From Octopus sinensis (lineage: Eukaryota), in assembly GCF_006345805.1 (NCBI RefSeq), contig NC_043000.1:51584001-51648000 (forward strand): a stretch of DNA of 64,000 nucleotides, read 5' to 3'. The number at the start of each line of letters is the position of its first letter. Position 1 is the stretch's first letter. The notes below the pieces were generated by a model. It ran no database searches. It was given only the letters and a program-made list of their open reading frames with translations, and was not told the DNA's origin. The translations under genes were made by a program, and so were the position numbers. Of the stretch, positions 26,793 to 40,081 are shown in pieces.

Positions 26793-27160
26793 ACAGGGGT
26801 TACACAAAATAATGGAAACATCTTAAAATTTCAAGCAAATTTATTTTAATATGAAGTAGGACCGCCTTTGGCTGTAATTACAGTGTGAATTCTCTGAGGT
26901 ATGGACTCAAATACAAAGTTTGAATTGTTTCCAAAGGAATTTTTGCTCATTCTTCAGCTAAAACAGTCTCCAGTTCTTGTAGTGATGATGGTGGAGGATA
27001 TCGATTCCTTACTTGCTTTTCTAAAATGTTCAATAATATCGAGATCTGGGGACTGTGGTTGCCAGATAAGATGTTCAACTTCACTAGAATGTTCCTTGTG
27101 CCATTCAGTAACAACTTTAGCTTTGTGAATTGGTGCATTATCATCCTGAAAGATTGCACC
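26793..27160 (-). mobile_element. Tc1-like transposon 3' fragment with terminal inverted repeat
   Basis: Minus strand GAIFQDDNAPIHKAKVVTEWHKEH..HLIWQPQSPDLDIIEH. Terminus ta-caggggttacacaaaataatggaaaca. Confidence 0.85.
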
Positions 27161-27234
27161 TATAATATAAAGAAAATGGAGAGTTTGAGCAAAGGAAATT
27201 TCAATTTATTTATATAGGCAACTGATTGAAATGT

Positions 27235-27630
27235 AGGCGCAGGAGTGGCTGTGTGGTAAGTAGCTTGCTAACCAACCACATGGTTCCAGGTTCAGTCCCG
27301 CAGCGTGGCATCTTGGGCAAGTGTCTTCTGCTATAGCCCTGGGCCGACCAATGCCTTGTGAGTGGATTTGGTAGACGGAAACTGAAAGAAGCCTGTCGTA
27401 TATATGTATAAATATATATAAGTTTGTGTTTGTCCCCCTAGCATTGCTTGACAAAAATGCTGGTGTGTTTACGTCCCCGTCACTTAGCAGTTCGGTAAAA
27501 GTGACCGATAGAATAAGTACTGGGCTTACAAAGAATAAGTCCCAGGGTCGATTTGCTCGACTAAAGGCAGTGCTCCAGCATGGCCGCAGTCAAATGACTG
27601 AAACAAGTAAAAGAGTAAAAGAGTAAAGAG
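27235..27630 (+). mobile_element. tRNA-derived SINE family 'B' with CORE-like central domain
   Basis: ggcgcaggagtggctgtgtggtaag..gggttcagtccc (A/B boxes), cttgggcaagtgtctt (CORE-like), internal microsatellite, tail ending (gtaaaaga)n. Confidence 0.85.
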
Positions 27631-27883
27631 TATATGTTGGTGATATGAAATTGACTATTATATAAATAAGTTGACTTTTTCTGTGCTCAAACTCTCTATT
27701 TTCTTTATATAATTAAAATTCTTTTCTCCTATAGCAGCTGGATGTAAACATATATAACGACAACTGGAACTTCATAAGGTATATTAATCAATATGTAGCT
27801 AAACCAGTGTACACTTGGATAAAATATATACCTGTGAAAGAGCAGTCTCTTTCCATTTGAAACTTCATAAACACCCTTATTTA

Positions 27884-27928
<45 letters not shown>

Positions 27929-27933
<5 letters not shown>

Positions 27934-28160
27934 TCGCCAAGCTAATATGGCAGTCCAGAAATATAGGACGAATGCTGCCATTGATTAACTCCAAGAGACC
28001 ATCAGCTCTAGTTAGCTATGTGACACACAAACCTGTGTCCATTATAACCTTCAAACAGGGGTTCCAAGAGACCATAGCTACAGGCAATGTTCTCTTGGAG
28101 CTAATCAATGGCAGCATTCGTCCTATATTTCTGGACTGCCATATTAGCTTGGCAATAACT
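27929..28160. repeat. ~70-bp inverted repeat (27929-27998 / 28091-28160) with an internal direct repeat tccaagagaccat(c)agct
   Basis: agttatcgccaagctaatatggcagtccagaaatataggacgaatgctgccattgatta versus its reverse complement. Lies between (TA)n tracts. Confidence 0.85.
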
Positions 28161-28243
28161 ATTAATATCCAGTACCACTGCTATAGTCTACTTTAGAGAA
28201 ACTTAGAAATATTAATATATATATATATAATATATATATATAT

Positions 28244-28589
28244 AAACAATTGCAGCGTGGAAGGTGTTTATAAGCCATTTAAGAAACACACAAAAGCCGT
28301 TCGATTCACTCCAACATTTAAGTTTAATTTGTCAAAATATTTTCGTCGCTAAAATCCGCGACCTGTTCACTGACAAAGTCCGTGCTGAGATGCAGCACGG
28401 ACTTTGTCAGTGAACAGGTCGCGGATTTTAGCGACGAAAATATTTTGACAAATTAAACTTAAATGTTGAGTGAATCGAACGGCTTTTGTGTGTTTCTTAA
28501 ATGGCTTATAAACACCTTCCACGCTGCAATTGTTTTCGTTTCAGCACACGATCTCAGATCAAATTACTTGCTATGCGAGTACATCTCCG

Positions 28590-28592
<3 letters not shown>
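28244..28592. repeat. Near-perfect ~144-bp inverted repeat (28244-28387 / 28393-28535, 5-nt spacer), probably an inverted PLE pseudo-LTR insertion
   Basis: The arms are reverse complements apart from a 1-2 nt indel. The right arm extends ~55 nt further. Flanked by (TA)n and contains an HHR-like fold. Confidence 0.9.
28403..28452 (+). ncRNA. Putative type I hammerhead ribozyme with G3:C8 core variant (mirror copy on the minus strand at 28328-28377)
   Basis: TTTGTCA-GTGAACA-g-GTCGC ggatttta GCGAC-GAAA-ATAT-T-T-TGACAAA: 7-bp stem I, GUGAACA in place of CUGANGA, 5-bp stem II, palindromic AATATT stem III. Confidence 0.6.
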
Positions 28593-28623
<31 letters not shown>

Positions 28624-28819
28624 GGATGAATGAATTATCCTTTGTTTACCGTTAACATGGAAAATTTAATAAACAGTTACCAGGGTAGCAAAATTCACGC
28701 AAGTAACACAGATGAAGCGACCTATTCAAAGGTAGAAACTCCGGGTTAATTTGCAGTAATTTGTGTAGTATAAGTAAATAAATGGAGTTGAACAAAGATG
28801 TTATTAAAATTCTTTTACG

Positions 28820-28898
28820 TTCGACATATGTTTCGAAGACAACATTGGTTTTATTCCAAAGGAATAAACGCTGTAAAATGCAATCTTCTTATCAGGAA
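28820..28898 (-). ncRNA. Type I hammerhead motif with a G8A core mutation (probably inactive), in a PLE pseudo-LTR fragment
   Basis: Minus strand reads ttc-CTGATAA-GAAGA...TCTTC-GAAA-C-atat-G-TC-gaa. Confidence 0.6.
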
Positions 28899-29038
28899 AG
28901 AAAGAGAGCCTATCTCAACAACAAGACGTTATAACAATTACGATGGTTGCCTAAATGATAAACAGAACGTTATTAAGTGTTTGATATATTAAATATATTA
29001 ATATAATAAATATATTAAGTATTTAATATATATATTAA

Positions 29039-29071
<33 letters not shown>

Positions 29072-29604
29072 CAAACACACACATACATGAATATACTTTA
29101 TTTGTAAGTTTAGCACATTACTATTGGATTCATGTTGAGAAAGGTATATATCTTAACAATTTTCAAGTCAATTGCATGTAATGCTGGTGTTCATCTATGC
29201 GTAGATTCACACATACATGTATGAACATGACTGTTTGGTGAAGAAGTTTGCTTCCTCACCTCATAGATTCAATAAAGTTTCTTCTGTGATAACCACCTAC
29301 CAACAACATTTTGTGTGAATTTGTTGGCTAACAGCTTAAAGTAGCCGGTTGTGTGTGTATGTGCACATGCATGTGTATGCATGCATATGTGCATGTGTAT
29401 TTGTATGCATGCACATTTGTGTTTCTAGGACTATGTGCACATTTTTACTTCTGAAAATCATAAGCTGTGTTGTCATGTCTCTCACCAAGCTGATCATTGG
29501 CCTTCAAAGATATGAAGACACCTGTGGTGAAAGACAAGTATGAATTAGTGACAGCAAAGCTGTCTAACTACACAACAACACCTCAGTGATATATTCATGT
29601 AACC

Positions 29605-30147
29605 CAGTGCTACTCAAAGTGGTGGTCCATGGAATGGCACCTGTAAGCAAGCCATCAGCTGTTGGTACACAGCAAGTTTTCAGAATAGAAAGAAACATTA
29701 TAAAATTCTTATAAAATGCTTATGTAATAGTGCATTATTTGTTTGCAAAATAAATATGGGATAAAAAAAAATTGTCAACTTTTATTATGTTCATTATATG
29801 GCACGTAAAAGCACCATCCGTTCGTGGCCATTTGCCAGCTCCATCTGGCACCTGTGCGGGTGGCACGTAAAAAGCACCCACTACACTCACGGAGTGGTTG
29901 GCGTTAGGAAGGGCATCCAGCCGTAGAAACACTGCCAGATCAGACTGGGCCTGATGCAGCCTTCTGGCTTCACAGACCCCAGTTGAACCGTCCAACCCAT
30001 GCTAGCATGGAAAGTGGATGCTAAATGATGATGATGATGATGATGTTGTTTCCGGTATAAATTAATATTACTAAGAAATATTACCGATCCCTGGCACATT
30101 GGAAAAAAACTGCCGGTACACTACATCAGATAGTTTGAGAAGCACTG
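29605..30147. mobile_element. hAT (Charlie-type) MITE containing a nested family 'C' retroposon (29797-30045)
   Basis: TIRs cagtgctactcaaa / tttgagaagcactg; 8-bp TSD atgtaacc / atctaacc (7 of 8 match). Confidence 0.8.
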
Positions 30148-31499
30148 ATCTAACCCATTTTAGCATGTTAAAATAACAACATAAATACATTCTATCTATG
30201 CTATTAATGTGTGGAAAAATAAAAGAAGGAATGAGTCTACTGATGTAACACTTCATGACTGTTTTGCTCATTCAGAAAAGATGCACCAAGCATATATACA
30301 TACATGTGCTTTACAACTAAGTAATAAAATATTTATTCTCCACCTTACCTTTGTATTTCAAGTTCTATTTCTCAAATTTATACCACCAAGTTTATATATA
30401 AGAACATGCACGTGCACACACACTAACACACTCACACTTTGTGAAAAAGTTCAAAATATCTACCCAAATTATATCATATAAGGGAAATATAAGGTTGGAA
30501 TATGCTAAATGTTTTATCCAATTTCAAAATACAATCCCTTTAAATGTTTTTGCATAATTTCAAGCTACAGTATAACAGTAAATTATTTATAAATCTTTCC
30601 CAACCGGTTTCACCTCTATTGATAATCTTCAATACCACACAGTGTTTTTTTTTTTTTTATATATAATTTCAATATACTGTATTATGTGAAACAAAATAAT
30701 CATAGGTATTTCCCATAGCATGAATGTTATATTTACTGACAACATTGTCATGTTACTTTAACATGGTTAGGGACTTTATTAGCTATAAAGAAAGGTCAGT
30801 AAAAACAAGATACCGTATTTGTTTGTAAATTACATTTTTTGTTTAACTGCTATTTTAGCATTTCAACATTGGAACATCAGTGTCTAAACATAGAAATGCA
30901 CTTTAGAAATTAAATGCTTCGTATTATTTTGAGATGTCCTTATAACTTATTATGTTACTTGTTATTAATATTATGATTATATTGGCAATAACAACACTGT
31001 TAATCCCATAGGAAAGATCTGCGGCTATTATTTTTTTTTATATTTATTTTTATTGTATTTCAAAATCATGCAAAAATTATTTATTGGTATTGGAATTTGA
31101 AATTAGATAAAACCATTTAGTGCAATTTCTGCTTGTTATTTTTGCCATACATACATGCATACTTGCATGCATGTGCGCACACACAAAGATATAATGTAGT
31201 GATTTAGCTAAGCCCTGGCAATACTAATGACAGTTATTTGTTACTCGATTGTAAGTCATCAAGGTCAGTACAGAGCTAATATCAACTATGAATAAAGGAT
31301 GAAAGGAGTTGTGTAATCACTTTTATTTGGTTACAGTTCTTTCTATTATAAATAAGAATGTGTGTGTTTGTATGCATGTTTGTGTGGATGCACACACACA
31401 CACCAACAAAATTCAGAAAAAGTACTTCTTGAGAGCATTTTCATGCTAAGTACAGTGGAGTTTCATATATGTAATAAATGGAATTGTAAATCTTCCATT

Positions 31500-32600
31500 A
31501 TCTGAAACTATCCTTGCAATTTGAAAAGAAAACTTCGTCTTGTTGGGACATGGAGTGGAGACTAAAATTTAAAAGCATCAAGTGAGAGAAATAACTTCGA
31601 CAACATTAGTTGAGCTATGTGCTTTCAGCATTGGCAAGGCAGTAAACCATCTTTGTTACATTAAATTCATTAAGAATCTCCTATACTGTTCTGCAGTTAC
31701 TATGATCTCTTGCTTTGAGAACAAAATATTTTTTCACATAATTTTACATAATTTCTTTGTAATGTTAGGTGTTGACAACCCATTTTTGTTGGCACAGTCA
31801 TTTGTTTTAAATCTGTCATACTTTTGAAAGCTCTGATATGTAAACTTTTGCTGATGATCAGTAACTTAGATTTGTGAGTTCCAAAGCATTAAAGCAAAGA
31901 GTAACCCATCACACTGATATGATCTTCCCATGCTTTATGAACTATTAATGATTCTATACTTTTAGTTTTCAGGGTTCTTCTTAGAGCCCATCTCAAATAC
32001 AAGGCAATCTCATCAACATTATAAATCTACTCATAACTTAATTTCTTTTGTTTGTTACCAAAATCTTCTTTTGTACTCTCATCAATAAATGCAGCATGTT
32101 TCCTTGTCTGCTGAATAGTTTTCATCTAATGCTGCTTGAAAATTTATACCAAGCTGCTTCTTAATTATACTTGTAATCTTGTCTTAGTTCTTTGAGAAAA
32201 AATTTGTCATGTTCCTTCATCAGCTCTTTGGACAGCTCAACTTTTTAACTTACATGGAAATTGAACCACATTATCAGCACTTAATTCATTTCTGAACTTT
32301 ATTCGATGTTTATTGTGTTCTCTATGCATATCGTTTACTTGATCCTCTGTTTGCAAATATTTAAGCAATTATTCTTTCTTTGCCATACACTGTCAAAGGG
32401 CTAATCATACATAATCCAAACAGGGTTCTCACAGACACACTTTGTGAGAATTCTTAGAAGTTCAGCTCCATCTGCTATGGACAATATTTAGTATTTGGTC
32501 TTAACTGTGTAGAGGGACACTTCCATTATACATTGTAACCATGAGCAAGTTATAAGATACAAAAAAATAAATTGGAAAGACTTACGAGTACTGTGTTGCC
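31500..32600 (-). mobile_element. Highly decayed pogo/Tigger-type transposase relic
   Basis: Minus strand near 31975-32030 reads IYNVDEIALYLRWALRRT (cf. IYNxDETGL of pogo/TIGD DDE domains). Boundaries are approximate. Confidence 0.45.
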
Positions 32601-33459
32601 ACCAATACCACCAAAACAGTGGTGACGAGTGTATGAAATCAGAAACAATATACTAGTGTTGCATGACATTTTCTTTCCATACTCAGACAAAAAAACTATA
32701 ACCATGGATTCCACTAGTTGTTCAACAGTATAATGAACTACAACTCCATGAAGTCATGTTGAATATTGTTAAGAATCTTGGGGAGAAAACAAATTTGTCA
32801 TTTAATCTCTGTTATATAGTACTTGTAATATTATTTATCTGTGTCTGTGTTTGTATTTGCTACAAATAGCTACATGCTGCCAGCCTTTGGTACAGAAGAT
32901 GCATGTTCTTTCTCTGAGGTTTACAGAAGACCAGAGGCTAGTTTGGTTAACCACTGTTTCTGTCCATGGAGAAATAACATCTTGTGGTATAACCAGTTTG
33001 CTTACTTTTCATAGAGAGACTGGAATTATATTCTAATGACAAAATTGTATACGTTTTCAAGTTACATGAACACACATACACATACACACAGTATCTTACA
33101 GTTGTGATGATTTCTGATAAAAAAGAATTTCTAAAGGTATGTATGTGTGTATATATGTACTTTTGTATGTGTATATAAGATGCATGCATAGAACTTACAG
33201 GCATCGAGTTGTTTAATTACTTTGTAACTTAGAATTAAAAATGAAATGTATACATATGTGTACTTATGAATATATATATACTTATGTATGTGTGTACACA
33301 CACACACATATGTATACATCATTACAGGTGTGACAATTTCTGATATAAAAGAATTTCTAAAGTTATACATGTGTTTATAAATATGTGTTTGTATATATCT
33401 ATAAGTACTTATATATGTGTATATAAGACACATGTACGGAACTTATGGATGCTGAGTCG

Positions 33460-33655
33460 CTTATATATATATAATATATAATATATGAATATATATATAT
33501 ATATGATATCTATGATATATATATAGATATTATATATGATATTATATATATATATATATATGATATATATATATATATATATGATATATATATATATATA
33601 TATATGATATACATATATATATATAATATGTATATATATATATAGATATATATAT

Positions 33656-33689
<34 letters not shown>

Positions 33690-33744
33690 ATATATAGTAT
33701 AGTATGATATATATATATTATATATATATATTATATAAGATATA

Positions 33745-33777
<33 letters not shown>

Positions 33778-33807
33778 ATATATGATATATATATATGATA
33801 TATTATA

Positions 33808-33873
<66 letters not shown>

Positions 33874-33993
33874 ATATATATATATATGATATTATATATA
33901 TATATATGATATATATATATATATGATATATATATATGATATATATATATGATATATATCTATATAATATATATATGATTATATATATATATG

Positions 33994-34030
<37 letters not shown>

Positions 34031-34067
34031 CTATATATATAATAGATATATATTATAATTAATGATG

Positions 34068-34098
<31 letters not shown>

Positions 34099-34454
34099 AT
34101 ATATAATATATATCTACCTATCTATACATATCTAACTGTCTATCTATCTTTCTATTTATCTATCTATCTATTTCTCTGTCTATCTATCTGTCTGTCTATT
34201 ATCTATCTTCTATTTATCTATCTATCTATCTGTCTCTATTTATCTATCTTTCTATTTATCTATCTATCTATTTCTCTGTCTATCTATCTGTCTGTCTATT
34301 TATCTATCTTTCTATTTATCTATCTATCTATTTCTCTGTCTATCTATCTGTCTGTCTATTTATCTATCTATCTGTCTGTCTATTTATCTATCCATCTGTC
34401 TATCTGTCTGTCTATTTATCTATCTATCTGTCTGTCTATTTATCTATCCATCTG

Positions 34455-34486
<32 letters not shown>

Positions 34487-34510
34487 CCTATATCTATCTA
34501 TATATGTCGA
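33460..34510. repeat. Long imperfect (TA)n array followed by a (TCTA/TCTG)n array with ~60-bp higher-order repeats
   Basis: Direct reading; lines 34141, 34261 and 34321 repeat one 60-nt unit. Confidence 0.9.
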
Positions 34511-37500
34511 TATCTATCTATTTATCTACACACACATACATGTATCTATGCATATATATGTATGCATCTATGTGTGTGTGTATGCATGTGTGTATTTATG
34601 TACATACATATATATGTATGTAGGTTTGTGCGTGTGTACTATAGGCATATACGTATTGATATGTATTCCTGTATATATGTATCTCAGCTACTAGGCAGTG
34701 ACACCTGCATAGTCTGTTTCACGTTAGTTGGAGATATAAAAGGTATTTTTAAATTTCATTATTTTCCTTAACCCAGGCAACACTGGATATTTCTTCTAAT
34801 TTAATCAAAATTTTTAGCACCTTAGCTTACGCGAATGTTACTTCATTACTACATTAACATTATCTTTAAACCAAATTATTTTGTCCCTTAAAAACCCCAA
34901 TATCATTTTTTTCACTAATTCTTTTTTTTAATGATAGCTTTATGATTTAAGCAAGTTATTTTCTAAATAAGCATTTATGGAACTTCCCAACTCATTCATA
35001 AATGGTTTAGGTGTTAGGAGAATTATAGAAATAAGTCGAAATGTCTTTGGTTGCTGGATATCTTCATTCTTTGACAATAAAATAAGGTCCAAATATTCAT
35101 AACTCTATACTAAAAACAACTTCTACAATAATTTTGTATAGCTTTTTTTTTCTTTTTTTTTTACAAAATACAACAAAGCATACCCATTAGTTTGAATCCT
35201 TTTTAAATCCATATCTTTCACTTTTCCATGCAAGCTTGCCCACAAATAATTCTGTCATGTTTAAAATTTTTCTCTTCAAATTAGTAACACTTTTCATCTT
35301 GAGTAGCTGTAGTCTGACTTTGAAGCATTTTCATATGTTGCTCTCCTTCATTCATCTTTCCTACCCTGCTGGCGCTCACCTTTTCCAATAGAATTTAATT
35401 CTAGAGGGATCGTTAAAATAACTATTATTGTTTCAATTCAGCAACAGAAATTTTGGTCCCTTCAATGGATCCAACCAATTCAAATGCTTGTAAGTACATG
35501 CCTTTGTTTTTTTTCAACTGGAATGCTAAATTTCCTCTCATAGATATAACAGTATACAAGTCTCCTGTTACGTGTTGTCCCTATTATCACCAGAAAAAAA
35601 AAAATGTGTTACGATTACTATTATTATTATTTGTTTCTTTAGAAAGTTTTTAGATTATATTTTTTTAGTTTTTGAATCAGTGAATGTTTTTCAAGAACAA
35701 ATGCTTTCAGAAAGGGAGAATTTGAAAAAAAAAAAAAATCAAAGCATGCTATAAATGCAAGAAAAAAAAAAAATGGCACCATTCTCTAATTATTGGCTTT
35801 GAATTGTCCTTGTTGCAATCAGGAATTTGTTAGTATTTTGTAGCATGCTTCTTTCACTTAGAAAGTTTTATCCACCACTCCCATGCTATGCACAGCACCA
35901 CTGTGCATATTGGATAAATAATAACAAAACAAAACAATACATCACGTACAGAAGAGCTATCAGCCAAACAAATATACATCGATCTGTAATTGCTAGGGTG
36001 TGGGGAAAATATAGAATCATTTGAATATTAGATCAATATATCATCAGATGTTTTGAGCCATCTCACCAAACAGTGCATCTCTTTCTGTCTCCTTCTCCCC
36101 TTTCCGTCTTTTATTCTCTCTCTCTCTTCTTTCTCTCCCTTACTGTCCCTGAAATTCTGCAGCAGATGAAAACAATATACAACGTATAAATTATTGATTG
36201 GGAAACTTATTTAATCTTAGGTACACTGCAATGCAACAAGTCCTTTCATAGAATACACAAGCTAGGATATAGAAAAAGATCCAAAATATTGGTCCATAAC
36301 TGAGAAATACAAATATAAAGGATAAAGAATGAATTGTTGTTTTCAATTCTTTAATTCAAGAATTTTGCTATTCCAAGATAATTCAATCTTCTTTGGTTTA
36401 GAGAAAGGACAATTATTACATCTAATCCATCATCTATCTATCTGGAATTCTAGCAAATGAGAAACATGCTTTTTGTATCAATCAAGATGTTTAACAACTG
36501 GTCCTCTTGGTTTTAGAACTAAAAAATAACTTGATCTCTCATTTGTTGTTTTAAAGTTTTGCAACCTAATTACATGAACCAGAGCTAAATAGGTAACAGT
36601 TTTAGTAACAAGAACAGAATATCTTTTATTGAGTTTAATATTTTTTTAAAATCACTTTTAAGATGTGGGTTTTTTCATGTTAAATGAATTATCTTTTATT
36701 TTTCATTTTATGTACACTTTTTTTAATGACTTCACTCCACATTCTATAATTCTTAATTCTTATCTGAGTTATTCCACACCATTGGACTGTTGCCAAACAC
36801 TACACTTTTTCGCATTGGATTCTTTTATTCTTGAATCCTGAATATCTTTCCATTTCACTAAGTAATCATGAAATAGACCCAGTACTAAAAACACACAGCT
36901 CTATAATCAAAAATATAAAGGTTTTATTTTGCTCCTCATTCATCTAATTTTTCTATTAGAACTTAGAATTTCACAAGAATGAAAGATGCACATATAAATT
37001 CATGTTATGTGTCATATAGTTGTTACATTCATTTTATTTTTAAATTTTGCTCACAGATACACATACATGCTCACATGCATATACATTTACCCATACATAC
37101 ACATTTTATCACATGAATGCATGCCGTTTCTTCTTAACTATTATAATTTCATCATGCCTTTCTTCTTTCTACACTCAAAAATTCTTGTATATCACTTTAT
37201 TCACTTCTTTATTTCTTAAGTCAAGTCCCCCCAACCTGACATATACAATACACACGTGCATGTGTTCAAACGTACACATATTCCTTGGAAAATTACAAAA
37301 GTCAAAAAAAAAAGAAAGCCTTGTGTTCATTTACATACTCACCCATCTCAAAGCAACAAGCTTGCTGGAAATATATCACTGTTATGTTGTTCAATGCAGC
37401 AGCATCTTGTCTTTGTCATTTGCTACCTGTCACCCACTTTCATCATCCATCACATCTTCGTTATGATATGGCATGTTGTCATCATGTCATATTAGTTTCA

Positions 37501-39081
37501 TTTGTAGTGTGTATTTTAGAAAGAGGGTGATGTGTTAGCTTTATCAATGTTTTGTGTTATAATTTGCTTGACCTTCTAGAATCTATAACTCACTGGTACC
37601 AATGTTGATAATTTCACCCGTCAATAATAATTTGTGACCTGTTCCCTTTGTCCCTTCACACATTACCCTCCTGCCGTGCACTTGTTTATCCTCTTTACAG
37701 CATACTGTCAATGGCATGCTGCAGATATTTAGCCAATCCATAATTATTTGTTGTGGTGGTTGTTGTTGTTTGTTTGTTTGTTTGTTTCCAGTGTTTATGA
37801 TTCTAATTATTTATTTACATTGTAATTACATTTTTCTTCTTCTCCTCATTATTATTATCAACAGTATTATTCAAACCTAATTGGTGGAGGAGGGCACTTT
37901 GCCTTTTGCTTATAAAAGTATGTAAAATAATTTGCAGACTACACTATTATAATTTTTGTACCTTTATACCAACATAAGAAATTAATGAGTGCCCCTTAAC
38001 AATTTAGAGTCAATTTTTAGTTTTGGAGTTCATATTCAGATTTTGTTACATTTGAATTCCATCATTTTGGAGTTGAAAAAATAAGTTCCAAGCTTATAAG
38101 GAGGCTGAGTCAATAGACTATTATCCCTCCTTTATTTATGTGAGGCCTTGTGCTTATCTGAGAAATCCTTGTTGTAAGAGAATACCTACAGTATTTAGCC
38201 TATTCTTCAAGATTCTGCATAAACCATTTAGCATTTAGATTACATAGTCAAATGTAATGCTTATTTATTCACATTGTTCTTTATCTCATGGCTTTAAGAT
38301 TTTGATGATGTCATTATTTTTAAAATGACATTGTAGAGTAGTTGTGAGAGGCCAAATGTGACTGGTTTGAACTTAGAAGTAAAGTTCATTCTAAGTCATA
38401 CAGACTCATCAGGGCTGGTTTCCCAGTTACCATGGCATATAAATTCCTCACCTGGATGGGACACCAATCCGTCACAGGATGACTCATTTTTGCCAGTAGA
38501 GTGGACTGGAGCAATGTTAAATGAAATGTTTTGCTCAAGAACACATGTTGCCTGGTCCAGGAACTGAAACCACAATCTTACGATCATGAGTCTAACACAC
38601 TGACCACTAAGCTATGCACCTCCACTTGAACTTAAAACAGGTAGGATACTTTGGTTAGTTATGCCTGGTTTTAATGTTAAAGGATTCACAATTCTGTTGA
38701 GACTGAACTTAATCTTTTATTATCTATTCATGGTTGACAAAACACCAGTAATATGTAGTGAGACAGGAAAGATCTGTCACACTACAAATATATTAGAACA
38801 GTTCTCTATGCTCATTTGTCATTGAGTGAAGAATTTAATGCACACTTCAGCTTCTTGTCTTTTGATGAAAGTGAAGGAAATAGAGAATGTAGTGTCACCT
38901 TGATTGCAGACTAGTAACACCGACCCCCACTAGTAATATATTAGGGATGATTTAGTCAACTGCATCAAACTTTGTTTAGCTCACAGGGGAAAAACATAAT
39001 TTTTGTAGTTACATATAATTTTAAAATCATTATTGCTAACATTTTTGTTATGGCTGTTTATTGTATCTATTATATTTTTTA

Positions 39082-39670
39082 AGGCAGTGAACTAACAGAA
39101 CCATTAGTGTATTGGCTCAAAGAGCTGAGAGAGACATTTCTAATGCTTTACATTCTGATTTCAAATCCTGCTGAGATCAACTTTGTCTTTCACCCTTTTG
39201 GGGTTGATAAAGTAAAGTACCAATCAAGGCAGGGATTGGTGTAACCAACACTCTCCCACTAAAATTGATGTAATTGTGCTAACATCGAAAACAATTGTTT
39301 TAGGAAATTACTTTTCATAAAAGAAATTATTTATTCCAACTTTATGCTCTGAGTTCAAATTATACTGAGGTCAGCTTTGCCTTTCATCTGTTTGGAGTTG
39401 ATAAAACAAGTACTAATTGAGCACTAGGGTCAATGTAATTGACTAGCCCTACTCCTGCCAAATTTCAGGCCTTTTGCCTACAGTAGAAAGAATCATTATA
39501 TAATTCTTGGAGTGGCAAAATTGTTAGGGTTCTTTATATTCTGAGTTCAAATCCTGTTCAAATCCTTTGTTTTTCATCTGAGTTTCAATAAGTACCAGTA
39601 AAATACTTGGTAGATTTTGTTGGCAACATTCATTCCCCAAATTCAAAACCTTGTGACTATTTTAGGAATA
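39082..39670 (+). mobile_element. Three degraded tandem SINE 'A' copies
   Basis: Repeated tctgagttcaaat..ctttgcctttcatc..aagtacc motifs. Confidence 0.65.
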
Positions 39671-39728
39671 ATAATTATTATTTTGTTGCTTTATTATTAC
39701 TATTATTAATATTATTATTATTATTATT

Positions 39729-40039
39729 GAGTGAGAGAGCAGTTCATGCCATCAAAGTGACACTGGGGTAAAATATACGAAGCCCAATATACCCATCATG
39801 ACTACCCGTCTGATAAAGGTACACCAGGCACATGCATCACAACCATATGTGCGCGACATGGTGATCTCATATCAAGATAAACAGCACATGACCTTGCAGG
39901 TGGGGCCCAGTTAGAATTTTCTTCAGGTTGAGTAGCCCATCCCGCTCAAACGGTCCCTGAATAAGGGTTGCTTAAGGATGTTGAAAGAACCACCCATGTT
40001 TCCAGAGGTGAACTATTCAAACCCCAAAGAATCCCTCTC
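39729..40039 (-). mobile_element. Copy of repeat family 'D' in (ATT)n
   Basis: Highly similar to 15894-16200. Confidence 0.75.
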
Positions 40040-40081
<42 letters not shown>

